This document shows positions 1 through 9,236 of a DNA stretch of 58,435 nt, one piece after another. The first letter of the stretch is position 1, and every line of letters begins with the position of its first letter. Made by a program: the position numbers and the translations under genes. The notes below the pieces were generated by a model. The model was given only the letters and a program-made list of their open reading frames with translations, was not told the origin of the DNA and made no database searches. This stretch comes from Abditibacteriaceae bacterium (GTDB taxonomy: Bacteria > Armatimonadota > Abditibacteriia > Abditibacteriales > Abditibacteriaceae): the NCBI GenBank assembly GCA_031425655.1, contig JANPJS010000114.1, positions 1-58,435 on the forward strand, read 5' to 3'.

Positions 1-244
1 AAGAATAACGCTGTCCTTCTTCTGCCAAGTTACTCTTTCGCCCCCTTACCAAGGGCGGGCGCCCTCTGGGCAGGTGGGGTTTTAAGGAGTGGCGAAGCCA
101 CTCTTCACACCGCTTACTATAAGTCCACCGCGTAACATGAGACATTTATTTCACCGCCATAACCTGAGCTTATCTTGTCCACAACGAATATGTATTGGGC
201 GGCGGGCGCGCAGCGGCTTATCGTTTGAAGCGGAGGTTACAACA

Positions 245-487
245 ATGTTTTATGTGATTGCCGAACCGTGCATCGGCGCAAAAGACAAGGCTTGTGTGGA
301 TGCCTGCCCGGTGGACGCTATCCACGGCGGCGACGCTGACCCGCAGCTTTACATTAATCCCAATGAGTGCATTTGCTGCGGCGCCTGCGAACCGGAATGC
401 CCGGTCGAAGCCATCTTTGAGCAAAGCGCCTTGCCCGCCGAGTGGAAACACTACGAGGAAATCAACGCCAGATTTTATGATGAGTAG
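245..487 (+). CDS. Dicluster (7Fe/8Fe) ferredoxin
   Basis: MFYVIAEPCIGAKDKACVDACPVD...CICCGACEPECP; GGAGG RBS before ATG 245 (ORF-track start 89 runs through a repeat). Confidence 0.93.
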   Translation: MFYVIAEPCIGAKDKACVDACPVDAIHGGDADPQLYINPNECICCGACEPECPVEAIFEQSALPAEWKHYEEINARFYDE

Positions 488-493
488 ACGCCT

Positions 494-590
494 TAAACAC
501 AAAGAACACAAAGAACACAAAGAACACAAAGAACACGGAGGTTTGATTTGTTTTGTGTTCTTTGTGCCGGCTTTGTGTTCTTTGTGTTTA
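494..590. repeat. Palindromic REP-like element built from 9-mer ACACAAAGA tandem units
   Basis: TAAACACAAAGAACACAAAGAACAC... / ...CTTTGTGTTCTTTGTGTTTA between convergent genes. Confidence 0.85.
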
Positions 591-601
591 GAATGGTCAA
601 C

Positions 602-2236
602 TCACAGGCCGAGCGGTTTGAAAACCCAATGCTCTTTGAGGCCGAGGCGCTGCGCTTCGCGGGCTTTTTCGAGCGCCATGTCGGGCTGCTGGGCTTTGAG
701 CAGAGCGCCGGCCCAGTTGGCTAAATAACGCGACGAAGTGGGAAAAAGCCGCGAGGCCATTTCAAAAGCCTGCGCGCAATCTGCGAATTTGTTTTGGTCG
801 AAAAGCACGTTACCCAGAGCATTGAAACGCTCCGCCAGCAGCGCCACGGTCGCCGGATTGCTTAAATCGGCGCTGAGATCGGCTTTGGGAAGAGCGGGCT
901 GTATCGGCGGCGTAATTTCTGGCGAAACCGCGTTCGGCGCGGCAATTTGCGTGGCGCCGGGGCGTTGAAGTTTCTGCGCTGCGGCCAGTTGTCCGGCGGT
1001 TTTGAACTCCGACGCGGCGTCGTCCATGCGGTTTTGCTTGAGCAGCGACTGCGCCAACCAAAAATGCACGTCGGCGTTTTGCGGGTTTAAAGCCAGCGCG
1101 GCGCGAAAAGCCGGTTCGGCTTCGGCAGGCTTTTCCAGCATCACCAAAGCGCCGCCGAGTTGCGCGGGATATTCCCATTTTTTGTCATCAAGGCGTGTCG
1201 CTGCGCGGAACGCATCGGCGGCTTCGGCGAATTTGCGCTGACGATACGAGGTTTGGCCCAGCCAGTAAAACGTGGTCGCGTCTTTGGGATCAAGGCGCGC
1301 CGCTTCCCGATAAACCGGCGTGGCTTCGTCGAATTTTTCCAGTCGAAACAGCGCGTGCGCCAGCACGATTTGCAGCGAAGCGTCGTCCGGCTGCAATTTG
1401 ACCGCGAGGCGAAAAGCGGCTTCGGCTTCGGCGAATTTGCTTTGCGCGAACAAGGCATTGCCAAAGCGCGCCCGAAAAACCGCATTTTCCGGCGCCAAGC
1501 GCACCGCGTGCTGCAAAGATTCCTGCGCTGCGCTCATTTTGCCCTGCTGATACAGCGCCTGACCCAAATTGTGCTGCGCGTCGGCGTCTTCGGGGCGGAG
1601 GCGAACTGCTTCGCTGAGTTCTTTTTCGGCGTCGGCGCCGCGATTCTGCGACAAAAGCATGGTGCCCAGTTGCAAGCGCCACTCGGCTTCGCGCGGCTCG
1701 ATTTCCACCGTCTGACGAAAAGCGGCTTCGGCCTCGGCCCACTTGCTTTGCGCGACTAACATCCACGCCAAATTCGCACGCCACTGCGCCGCTTTGGGCT
1801 TGAGATTGACGGCTTCGCGGTAGGCCGCTTCGGCCTCGGCCCACTTTTTCTGGCGGTCGAGCGCCATGCCGAGTTGATTTTGATACGCATCGTTTTGCGG
1901 TTGCAGCTTGACGGCTGCGCGAATCGCGGCTTCGGTTTCAGTCCATTTGCGTTGCGAAAACAAGCTGAAAGCCAGCCCGGCGTGGGCATCAGCGCGTTTG
2001 GGCGCAAGCGCGGCGGCTTCGCGGAATTTGGCTTCAGCGTCGGGCCATTTGCCGTCTTTGACAAAATCGCGCGCGGCGGCCAACAGTGCAGTCGCGCGTT
2101 GATCAGGCGTTTCCAATGTGCTGCCGCGCGGCGCCAATTCCTGCGCTCGGCCCGGCTCACAGCACAGTAGGCAACACAGCGCAACGCCGCTGAGCCGCAT
2201 CATGACAACACATCGGCACGCAGATTTTCTTTTCAT
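602..2236 (-). CDS. Secreted tetratricopeptide-repeat protein
   Basis: Signal-peptide-like N-terminus; >10 34-aa repeats of type W.EAEAA.R.AV.L.P; ATG 2236 just downstream of the MOSC stop. Confidence 0.88.
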   Translation of the reverse strand: MKRKSACRCVVMMRLSGVALCCLLCCEPGRAQELAPRGSTLETPDQRATALLAAARDFVKDGKWPDAEAKFREAAALAPKRADAHAGLAFSLFSQRKWTETEAAIRAAVKLQPQNDAYQNQLGMALDRQKKWAEAEAAYREAVNLKPKAAQWRANLAWMLVAQSKWAEAEAAFRQTVEIEPREAEWRLQLGTMLLSQNRGADAEKELSEAVRLRPEDADAQHNLGQALYQQGKMSAAQESLQHAVRLAPENAVFRARFGNALFAQSKFAEAEAAFRLAVKLQPDDASLQIVLAHALFRLEKFDEATPVYREAARLDPKDATTFYWLGQTSYRQRKFAEAADAFRAATRLDDKKWEYPAQLGGALVMLEKPAEAEPAFRAALALNPQNADVHFWLAQSLLKQNRMDDAASEFKTAGQLAAAQKLQRPGATQIAAPNAVSPEITPPIQPALPKADLSADLSNPATVALLAERFNALGNVLFDQNKFADCAQAFEMASRLFPTSSRYLANWAGALLKAQQPDMALEKAREAQRLGLKEHWVFKPLGL

Positions 2237-2238
2237 GT

Positions 2239-2706
2239 TCAACCTGAATGCACTGATACTTCGTCGCCTTCGCGCACGATTCCTTCATTCAATACGCGCG
2301 CGTAAACGCGGCTCCAACCGGGATGCAGTTTTTGCGAAATGCGCGTGAACTCACCATCGGCAAACGACGCGGCGATATTCGAGCATGGCGTCGTAAACGA
2401 AGTGATTTCCAACTCGACTTCGCCGCCGATTTTCAGCCGCGTGCCCGGCAAAATCGTGTTCCAATCGAGGCCGCTGAGCGTTAAATTTTCGCCCGTCGTG
2501 CCGCAATCAATGGGATGACCTTCGCCTTGCAAAGCGCGTATGAGTTCATAGGAAAACAGACAGACGGCGCGCTGCGGGCCACCATGAAATCGGCGGTCGC
2601 GCTGTTTATCGCCCTGCACCACTTCCGTCGAAATGAAGGTTTCTTCAACGCGCAATTTCGGCACGCCGCCGCGCGGATTCACACTGATTTGAATGATTTT
2701 TGGCAT
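2239..2706 (-). CDS. MOSC domain protein (YiiM-like)
   Basis: GGVPK, HGGPQRAV, GENLTLSG, PCS motifs; start reset to MPKII at 2706. Confidence 0.9.
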   Translation of the reverse strand: MPKIIQISVNPRGGVPKLRVEETFISTEVVQGDKQRDRRFHGGPQRAVCLFSYELIRALQGEGHPIDCGTTGENLTLSGLDWNTILPGTRLKIGGEVELEITSFTTPCSNIAASFADGEFTRISQKLHPGWSRVYARVLNEGIVREGDEVSVHSG

Positions 2707-2716
2707 GGCAGTCAAA

Positions 2717-2865
2717 GGATGAAGGTGGAAGGTGGAAGGCGGAAGGTGGAAGGCGGAAGGATGAAATGCGGCGCTACACGCCGTCGGATTGCGCGCCGCA
2801 GGCGCTTCTTCATCCTTCATCCCTCATCCTTCATCCTTCCGCCCTCATCCCTCATCCTTCATCCC
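2717..2865. repeat. Inverted arrays of 7-mer GGATGAA/GGCGGAA repeats
   Basis: GGATGAAGGTGGAAGGTGGAAGGCGGAA... facing TTCATCCTTCATCCCTCATCC...; supplies the last codons of the 843-aa ORF. Confidence 0.85.
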
Positions 2866-5376
2866 TAATTCGATTTCCTCCACCGGGATTTTAACAATTT
2901 CGTGCGGCCCGACGAAGCCGTAAAAACGTCGCCAAACGCCCTTTTGCAAGAGTTCCTCGGCCTGCCAAATCCAACCGCGCGCCTTGCCCGCTTTTCGCCG
3001 CGCGCGTAGCGGCAATTTTAAGGCTGTAATGCGTTTTTGGCCCGGTTCGGTCAGCGTGAAAATCGCCGCACCGCGCTGCACATCGTCCGCCGAAGCGATG
3101 CGGTTCAAATGAGGAAATACCAATCGCGCTTTGCCGCCGTCGGGGTCGAAATCCTGCGCGTCCGGCGGCTGCAAACGCACTCCATAAACGCGCAAAAACT
3201 GCGCGGCGGACTTGACGCCTTTGTCGCGCGCCGTGGGCGGCCAATATAATTCGCAGCGCGGCGCGCCGGCCACGCCCGATAATTTCCACGCGACCATGTC
3301 ACAAACGCGAAAGGCCATCTTGCGGCCTTTCGCCAATGCCAGAGCATCGGATTTCGCCATGCTGCCGCCAAACTGTTGCCCCGGAACGACGGCGCTCAAG
3401 AGGCCTTCGGCATTTACGGTGGCGCTGCCAAAAGGCGTGGCGTCGTCCAACAATCGCGCGATTTGGCGGCGAAAAGCCGGCACGGCGAGCAGTGGGCTGG
3501 AAATTAAATCTATTTTTTGCGACAGCGTCGGGCCGGCGCGCGAAACCAGAGGGTTCCACGGCGATTTCGGGCCGTTGAAGAGCGACTCGGCGACGTTGGC
3601 CAGCTTTTCATCGCGCGGATAAAGCCAAAGAGGTTCAAACACGGTCGTATTGGCAAAAGTTGCTGCGGGAGTCACAGACGCAATCCAAGCGGCGTAATCA
3701 GCCAGAGCGCTGCCGTCGCCGCCTTTGGCGCGCAACACCGTAGCGCGCGACAGAAAACCCGCGAATTCTCCCCAGTTGCCGCCATCAATTTTCCGAGCCG
3801 CCGTGAATTTCGCGCCGCGCGCAAATTGCCGTCGTAAAACGGGCAGCGCCGCTTTTAAATCCCACGCGGCTAAACATTCGGCGATTTCGTTGGCCGGATC
3901 GAGAGCAAAATCGTCGGACACGCCGCTTTTTTCAGCTTTTTCAGCGCGCAGACTGATTTCTTCGACTCGTTTGGCCATCAGTTCCGACACCGAGGGCTTT
4001 TTGCGGGCGCGCAATTCTTCGCCGCGCAAGCCGGTTTTGACGCCTGTCCGAGCCGGAACCATGAGCCAGTTTCCGCGCCGCTCCACGTCTTTGCGCTGCG
4101 CGATATTTTGCGCGGCCTGGAGCCATTGCGCGGCGGCGGCTTTGTCGTTGGCTAAGGTCGCAAACCAGCGCACTTCGGGCTTGACTTTCTTATAAGTCGC
4201 CCAATAATCGCGCAGGCGGGCGATGAGCGCGGCTTTTTTCTGCGGGCCGGCGATTAGATCGGAAGCGGAGCCAAACGAGTAGTTGCGCAAAATCGCCGTC
4301 ACGGCGGCATAGGCCGCTTCAGGCACTTCGATAACGTGACGATGCATGAAAAAATCGCGGCGAAACGCGACCGAGCGCGTCAGGCGCGTGTCGGTTTCCA
4401 GCGTTTGCAGTAAAGGCCCGACAGCAATTTCGCCCTGCGCGACGAGTTCCTGCACGATGGGATCGTCGTTCAGCGAAACACCACCGGGCTGGCCCCATTG
4501 CCGCGCCCGCACTTCTTCCAGACGGCGAATCAGCGCCGCGATGCGCGCAGAATTACTTGCTTTTGGCGAAAGCAGCGCGGCGTTGGGCGAGGCGGCACGG
4601 CGTTCCTGATCGGCCAACAATCGCGGCAACGGCGCTAAAAACGCCACAAAATCGCGCCGTCCGCCGCGCTCTTCCGCCAGAGATTCCAACTTCGGGCGCA
4701 ATACCGAAAGTTGCCGCGCGCCGAGCAGTGCCAGACGGTCGTCGCCGCGCATATGCGCGCAAACCGAGCGGTCGAATAGCGCCCACGCCCAATTCGAAGC
4801 CAACGTCACAAATGGATCGGCGCCCGCTTCGAGCTTAGTCGCAGCCCACACTTTTTCCGCGCCCGCCGCATTGCCCAAACGCAGCAAAAGGCAAGCGCCA
4901 AGCGCCAACGACGGCGATTGACTTAGAGCAGCCGCTTCGGGAACCGCCCCGCTGTGCAGCCGAATATTTTGAATATCAGCCGCCAAATCGGCGGGCGCGC
5001 CGACGTTCACGAGCGGATAAACCAAGCCATTCCAGCAGACCGCAAAGCGTTGCGCGCTTTCGCCGGGCAAAACCCAGCCGTGCGTTTGCACTGGCCCGGA
5101 TTCGCCCCAAACACTGCCCACGACAACAGTAATTTCTCGATATTCGCCGCCGCGTGGGTCGGCCAATCCAAGCGAGAAAAGCGCCTGCGCTGCCGAAAGA
5201 AAATTCGGCGATAATTGCGTGGCCGGTGGCGTCCACGGCGCGTTTTGCTGCGGTGGAAGCGGCAGTGCGTTGCCGTTGAAACGCGGCGCGTCGGCCCGTG
5301 CGAGGCCAACGGCAAACGCCAGCGCGACAAAAATCGTTGCTGGCGTTGTAAATGAGCGAAGAAGACGCGGTTTCAT
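2845..5376 (-). CDS. Large secreted hypothetical protein (843 aa)
   Basis: Long ORF, signal peptide ending ARA-D, host-like codon use; no recognisable catalytic motif. Confidence 0.8.
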   Translation of the reverse strand: MKPRLLRSFTTPATIFVALAFAVGLARADAPRFNGNALPLPPQQNAPWTPPATQLSPNFLSAAQALFSLGLADPRGGEYREITVVVGSVWGESGPVQTHGWVLPGESAQRFAVCWNGLVYPLVNVGAPADLAADIQNIRLHSGAVPEAAALSQSPSLALGACLLLRLGNAAGAEKVWAATKLEAGADPFVTLASNWAWALFDRSVCAHMRGDDRLALLGARQLSVLRPKLESLAEERGGRRDFVAFLAPLPRLLADQERRAASPNAALLSPKASNSARIAALIRRLEEVRARQWGQPGGVSLNDDPIVQELVAQGEIAVGPLLQTLETDTRLTRSVAFRRDFFMHRHVIEVPEAAYAAVTAILRNYSFGSASDLIAGPQKKAALIARLRDYWATYKKVKPEVRWFATLANDKAAAAQWLQAAQNIAQRKDVERRGNWLMVPARTGVKTGLRGEELRARKKPSVSELMAKRVEEISLRAEKAEKSGVSDDFALDPANEIAECLAAWDLKAALPVLRRQFARGAKFTAARKIDGGNWGEFAGFLSRATVLRAKGGDGSALADYAAWIASVTPAATFANTTVFEPLWLYPRDEKLANVAESLFNGPKSPWNPLVSRAGPTLSQKIDLISSPLLAVPAFRRQIARLLDDATPFGSATVNAEGLLSAVVPGQQFGGSMAKSDALALAKGRKMAFRVCDMVAWKLSGVAGAPRCELYWPPTARDKGVKSAAQFLRVYGVRLQPPDAQDFDPDGGKARLVFPHLNRIASADDVQRGAAIFTLTEPGQKRITALKLPLRARRKAGKARGWIWQAEELLQKGVWRRFYGFVGPHEIVKIPVEEIELGMKDEG

Positions 5377-5408
5377 AAAGGATTTCTGAAACCGCAGTTT
5401 ACGGCAGA

Positions 5409-6659
5409 TTAAACGAGTTGATACAACGTGTTGCGTTTGCGCGGTTCGTAGCCGGCTTCGCGGATGAGGCGCTCGATTTCCGAAATCGGCATCACGAAAT
5501 CGGTGCCGGTGGCCGAAACCACGTTTTCTTCCATCATCGTCGAGCCGAAGTCGTCCAGCCCGTAATTAAGGCCGATTTGCGCGATTTTCGGCCCCTGCGT
5601 CACCCAACTGGCCTGATGGTGCGGAATATTATCGAGAAGCAAGCGCGCGACGGCGATTGTTCGCAAATAATCGAAGCCAGTCGCCTTGCGCCAGACGGCA
5701 GGCGGCGGGAGGCGGTCGGCTGAGTCGGCGGCGGAACCCCTGCTGCCCAAAGGGCGCCCGCCCTTACTAAGGGGGCTTGGGGGTTCCGCCCTCCCGCCCA
5801 TCAACTCATCACCTAAAGGCGTGCCGTCGGGCTGAAAATTCCACGCGATGAAGGCAGTAAAACAGCCTTTGCCGTGCGCCAAACTTTCGTCCTGCGCATC
5901 GCGCGTGCGCAGAATGTGCTCAAGGCGCTCTTCGGGCGTTTCCGCCGTGCCATACATCATCGTGACCGTCGAATAGCCGCCCAACTTGTGCCACAGCTTC
6001 ATCGTATCGAGCCATTCGTCGCTGGTGTCTTTGTAAGGCGCGATGATTTTTCGCACGCGGTCAACCAGCATTTCCGCGCCCGCGCCGGGAATGGTGTCGT
6101 GTCCCGCCGCGCGCAGACGCAGCAGCGTTTCTTCAAGGCTCAGGCGCGAGATTTTGGCAATGTAAAGAATTTCGGCAACGCTGAGCGCATGCAGCCAAAC
6201 CGTCGGGAATTTCGCCTTGATGGACGAAATTAAATCCTCGTAATAGTCAATTTTCAGCTTCGGATTGAGGCCGCCCTGCAAGAGGATTTCGATGCCTCCG
6301 AGGTCAACCATTTCCTGAATTTTCTGAAAAATCGTTTCTTTGGGCAGCGTGTAGCCCTGTCCGCTTTTGGGCGTGTCGTAGAACGCGCAAAACTTGCATT
6401 GCACCCAACAGACGTTGGTGTAATTGATGTTGCGCCCCGCGATGTAGGTGACCACGCGCCCCGGATTCTGCTGCTGCCGCACGAAGTCGGCGAGGATTCC
6501 CAGTTCGGCCAGATTCGGATGATGAATCAGGCGCACGCCGTCCTCGAACGACAATCGCTGTCCGGCGAAAACCTTTTCGGCAATATCGTCAATCGAGGGA
6601 TGAGGGACGGGCGCCCTCTGGGCAGGTGATGGGGGATGAGTTTCCAACAGAGTCGTCAT
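5409..6659 (-). CDS. mqnC: Cyclic dehypoxanthinyl futalosine synthase (radical SAM)
   Basis: RNINYTNVCWVQCKFCAFY, PGAGAEML, QASWVTQG, DFGSTMMEENVV. Confidence 0.88.
   Translation of the reverse strand: MTTLLETHPPSPAQRAPVPHPSIDDIAEKVFAGQRLSFEDGVRLIHHPNLAELGILADFVRQQQNPGRVVTYIAGRNINYTNVCWVQCKFCAFYDTPKSGQGYTLPKETIFQKIQEMVDLGGIEILLQGGLNPKLKIDYYEDLISSIKAKFPTVWLHALSVAEILYIAKISRLSLEETLLRLRAAGHDTIPGAGAEMLVDRVRKIIAPYKDTSDEWLDTMKLWHKLGGYSTVTMMYGTAETPEERLEHILRTRDAQDESLAHGKGCFTAFIAWNFQPDGTPLGDELMGGRAEPPSPLSKGGRPLGSRGSAADSADRLPPPAVWRKATGFDYLRTIAVARLLLDNIPHHQASWVTQGPKIAQIGLNYGLDDFGSTMMEENVVSATGTDFVMPISEIERLIREAGYEPRKRNTLYQLV
5729..5790. repeat. REP-like palindrome (CCCTT-N3-AAGGGGG family) inserted in frame in mqnC, carrying the 20-bp module
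   Basis: GGCGGAACCCC[TGCTGCCCAAAGGGCGCCCG]CCCTTACTAAGGGGGCTTGGGGGTTCCGCC; same layout at 40-80. Confidence 0.75.
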
Positions 6660-6697
6660 GGTTTTTAGTCTACTTTGTGGACGCAGTCGCTTTGATC

Positions 6698-7174
6698 TTA
6701 CCGCCCCATCGCCAAGCCGCCGGCTATGACGCTGATCGGTTCCGGGTCGAGATAAGCGAAAAATTTCTGGCCGGCGGGCGTGTGTTCTATCGCGGCTAAA
6801 GCGGGCACGGCGCGCAGCGAGGCGGCGCTGGCGCGCTTGACGAAGTGCGCGACGGGCGAGGGAATTAGCACGGCGCAAAGCGCCATCACGGCGGCGAAGC
6901 GGCGACGGCGCACTTTGCCCTGCCCGACCGGGCAATCGTTGGTAATCAGCGTGCCGTCGGCGCGGCGCGACAAGCGCACGCACAAATTGCCTTCTTTTTC
7001 CGCGATGAGCGCGACCGCTTCATCGCGGCTCATCAGCGCGACGTTGTAGACGTTTTTGTGACACGTCTGACAAAAGCGCGCTTTGTCATCGCCACTCATG
7101 GCATTCCAATCGGCGCGGCAGGGCGTGGCGACGCCGATGCGATCCAACATTTGCGAGTCAATGGCAACAGACAT
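6698..7174 (-). CDS. Hypothetical membrane protein with N-terminal 5-Cys domain
   Basis: PCRADWNAMSGDDKARFCQTCHKNVYN...LCVR...DGTLITNDCPVG, then a basic patch and TM helix; AAGGAG RBS before ATG 7174. Confidence 0.8.
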   Translation of the reverse strand: MSVAIDSQMLDRIGVATPCRADWNAMSGDDKARFCQTCHKNVYNVALMSRDEAVALIAEKEGNLCVRLSRRADGTLITNDCPVGQGKVRRRRFAAVMALCAVLIPSPVAHFVKRASAASLRAVPALAAIEHTPAGQKFFAYLDPEPISVIAGGLAMGR

Positions 7175-7194
7175 GATTTGGCTCCTTTCGCGTT

Positions 7195-7965
7195 TCAGCG
7201 CGCGGCGCGCTTGTTTTTCGGCGCGACTTTCTTCACTGCCTTTTTCGCAACAGATTTTGGCGCCGGCTTGCCCATCGTGCGGCGCGGCACAACTGGCGGG
7301 CTGCCCATCAAGGTTCTCGGCGCGACGGCTTCGCCCATTTTGACCGAATGCGCCGGAACCGGCGGCTGCATACCGCCTTGCATGGTGGCTACCGACGGTT
7401 TGCCCATTATCTGCGCAGGCTGGCTCTGCGTCGGCGCAACGCACTTAGGCGCTGCTTCGCCCATTTTAACGGCAGGTGGCGAGGACACGACACGCGGGCC
7501 GCCCATCATGGTAACAGCAGGCTTTGTCGCCGATTTTTGCGTCGGCATCGCCATATCGCCCTGAAGTGTGTGAACGCGCGCCGATGTGTCCAGCGGCGGT
7601 TGCGCGGCGATGCGCGGCGCGATGCCGAGTAAGCTCGAAACGGCTGCGACAATCGCCGTAATTCCCGTTGCAAACGCGCGCCACGGACGCAGCGCAGTTT
7701 GCTTCGCGCGCTCTAATCCGACCGGGCAATCTTGCGTGATAATCGTGCCGTCTTCGCGCTGCGAATAGCGCACGCACAAGTTGCCTTCTTTGACGCGAAT
7801 CAGCTTTTCGGCGTCCTGTCGCGTCATCATGGTCAGGTTGAAGACGTTTTTGTTGCAGCTTTTGCAAAAGCGCGCTTGATCGTCGCCGGTCATGCCGTCC
7901 CACGAAGCGTGGCACGGCGAAGCGATGTGCAGGTTATCGAGCGGACTATTTTGAGTTTCGGACAT
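7195..7965 (-). CDS. Paralogous 5-Cys-domain membrane protein with Met-Gly repeat tail
   Basis: PCHASWDGMTGDDQARFCKSCNKNVFN...LCVR...DGTIITQDCPVG, TM helix, repeated xMG(E/K/G/S) motifs. Confidence 0.82.
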   Translation of the reverse strand: MSETQNSPLDNLHIASPCHASWDGMTGDDQARFCKSCNKNVFNLTMMTRQDAEKLIRVKEGNLCVRYSQREDGTIITQDCPVGLERAKQTALRPWRAFATGITAIVAAVSSLLGIAPRIAAQPPLDTSARVHTLQGDMAMPTQKSATKPAVTMMGGPRVVSSPPAVKMGEAAPKCVAPTQSQPAQIMGKPSVATMQGGMQPPVPAHSVKMGEAVAPRTLMGSPPVVPRRTMGKPAPKSVAKKAVKKVAPKNKRAAR

Positions 7966-7969
7966 GGCG

Positions 7970-8512
7970 TTAAGCCTCCAATTTCAACCCGCGCAGCGCG
8001 TCTTCGTAAGCGTCCCGCGTTTTATCGTCGAACAATACGAAGCGCACCAATTGCAAATTGTGCGGATGTGACCGCACAAATTCCGCGATTGTTCCCAGCG
8101 CAATCGGCGCGGCTTCGTCCAATGGATAACCATAAATTCCCGTCGAAATCGAAGGAAAAGCGATGCTGACTAACTTATTTTCCGCCGCGAGCCGCAAACT
8201 GTGGCGATAAGCGCCGGCTAATAGCTCGGCTTCATCGCCGCGCACTCCGTAAACCGGCCCGACGGCGTGAATCACATGACGCGCCAAAAGCTGCCCGCCG
8301 CCGGTGATAACCGCTTCGCCGGTCGCGCACCGTTTGTAAAACTGCCGGCATTCCGCGAAGATTTCCGGGCCGCCCGCCTCTCGAATCGCACCGCAAACCC
8401 CGGCGCCCGGCGCCAACGACGAATTCGCCGCGTTGACAATCGCATCCACATCTTCCTGCGTAATGTCGCCCTGAACCAGTTCTAAAGTGCATTCGCCAAT
8501 TTGCGTTTTCAT
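7970..8512 (-). CDS. Macrodomain protein (YmdB/MacroD-like), variant active site
   Basis: GDIT, DAIVNAAN, GAGVCGAIRE, VIHAVGP, FPSISTGIYGY. Confidence 0.9.
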   Translation of the reverse strand: MKTQIGECTLELVQGDITQEDVDAIVNAANSSLAPGAGVCGAIREAGGPEIFAECRQFYKRCATGEAVITGGGQLLARHVIHAVGPVYGVRGDEAELLAGAYRHSLRLAAENKLVSIAFPSISTGIYGYPLDEAAPIALGTIAEFVRSHPHNLQLVRFVLFDDKTRDAYEDALRGLKLEA

Positions 8513-8531
8513 GATTAATAAAGGCAAGTGT

Positions 8532-9077
8532 TTAATGCTGCGACTGGCTCAACTTGCGCAACGCGTTGTCGTAAGCGTTTAACGTCTTTGTGTCGAAAAG
8601 CACCATCCGCACCAGTTGCAGATCATGCAGTTGTGAGCGCAAGAATTCCGTGATGGTTTCAAGAGCGATGGGCGCCGCTTCGTGTAATGGATACCGATAA
8701 GCACCGGTTGAAAGGGACGGAAATGCCACGCTGCGACATTCTTTTTCCACGACAATTAGCAAACTGCTTTGATAGGCGCTGGCCAAAAGTTGAGGCGCGC
8801 GTTGGAGATGCATATCGTAGACCGGGCCAACCGCGTGAATCACATATTTCGCCTTTAAGGTGCCCGCTGTTGTGGCTTTGGCTTGGCCTGTCGGACAGCC
8901 GCCAAGCGGACGACACTCTTCCATGATGCTCGGCCCGCCTGCACGGTGAATCGCACCATCCACACCACCTCCGCCTGCCAAACCCGTGTTCGCCGCGTTG
9001 ACAATCGCATCCACATTTTGCTGCGTAATATCGCCCTGAATCAGTTCTAAAGTGCAGTCGCCAATTTGAGTTTTCAT
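8532..9077 (-). CDS. O-acetyl-ADP-ribose deacetylase (macrodomain, YmdB-like)
   Basis: GDIT, DAIVNAAN, GGGGVDGAIHRAGG, VIHAVGP, FPSLSTGAYRY. Confidence 0.92.
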   Translation of the reverse strand: MKTQIGDCTLELIQGDITQQNVDAIVNAANTGLAGGGGVDGAIHRAGGPSIMEECRPLGGCPTGQAKATTAGTLKAKYVIHAVGPVYDMHLQRAPQLLASAYQSSLLIVVEKECRSVAFPSLSTGAYRYPLHEAAPIALETITEFLRSQLHDLQLVRMVLFDTKTLNAYDNALRKLSQSQH

Positions 9078-9103
9078 GGTTATTACAGATGCTGTCGAGA
9101 TAT

Positions 9104-9227
9104 TTTCAATGGAACACGGATTTTCACGGAAACGGCCACGGATTTAAGCGGTTTTTCAACAGGAAACTCAAGAGAAAATCTGTGTTGATCCGTGGCCGTT
9201 TCCGTGAAAATCCGTGTTCCATTGAAA
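9104..9227. repeat. Long palindromic element, TTTCAATGGAACACGG family (copy 1)
   Basis: ~40-bp arms TTTCAATGGAACACGGATTTTCACGGAAACGGCCACGGAT / ATCCGTGGCCGTTTCCGTGAAAATCCGTGTTCCATTGAAA. Confidence 0.88.
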
Positions 9228-9236
9228 GTTTTAATT

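Noticed and set aside
494..590. Possible CRISPR array in the tandem repeats (also 2717-2865, 29973-30014)
   Set aside because: Units are 7-21 bp and contiguous, with no unique spacers and no cas genes
258..728. ORFs with HKEHKEHKE / LCSLCSLC repeats (also 218-529)
   Set aside because: Translations of the 9-mer palindromic repeat overlapping the ferredoxin
2707..2820. N-terminal extension of the MOSC ORF; likewise extensions at 6660-6983, 7175-7444, 31602-31652, 37530-37685, 38948-39031
   Set aside because: They run through repeats or neighbouring genes; better starts lie downstream
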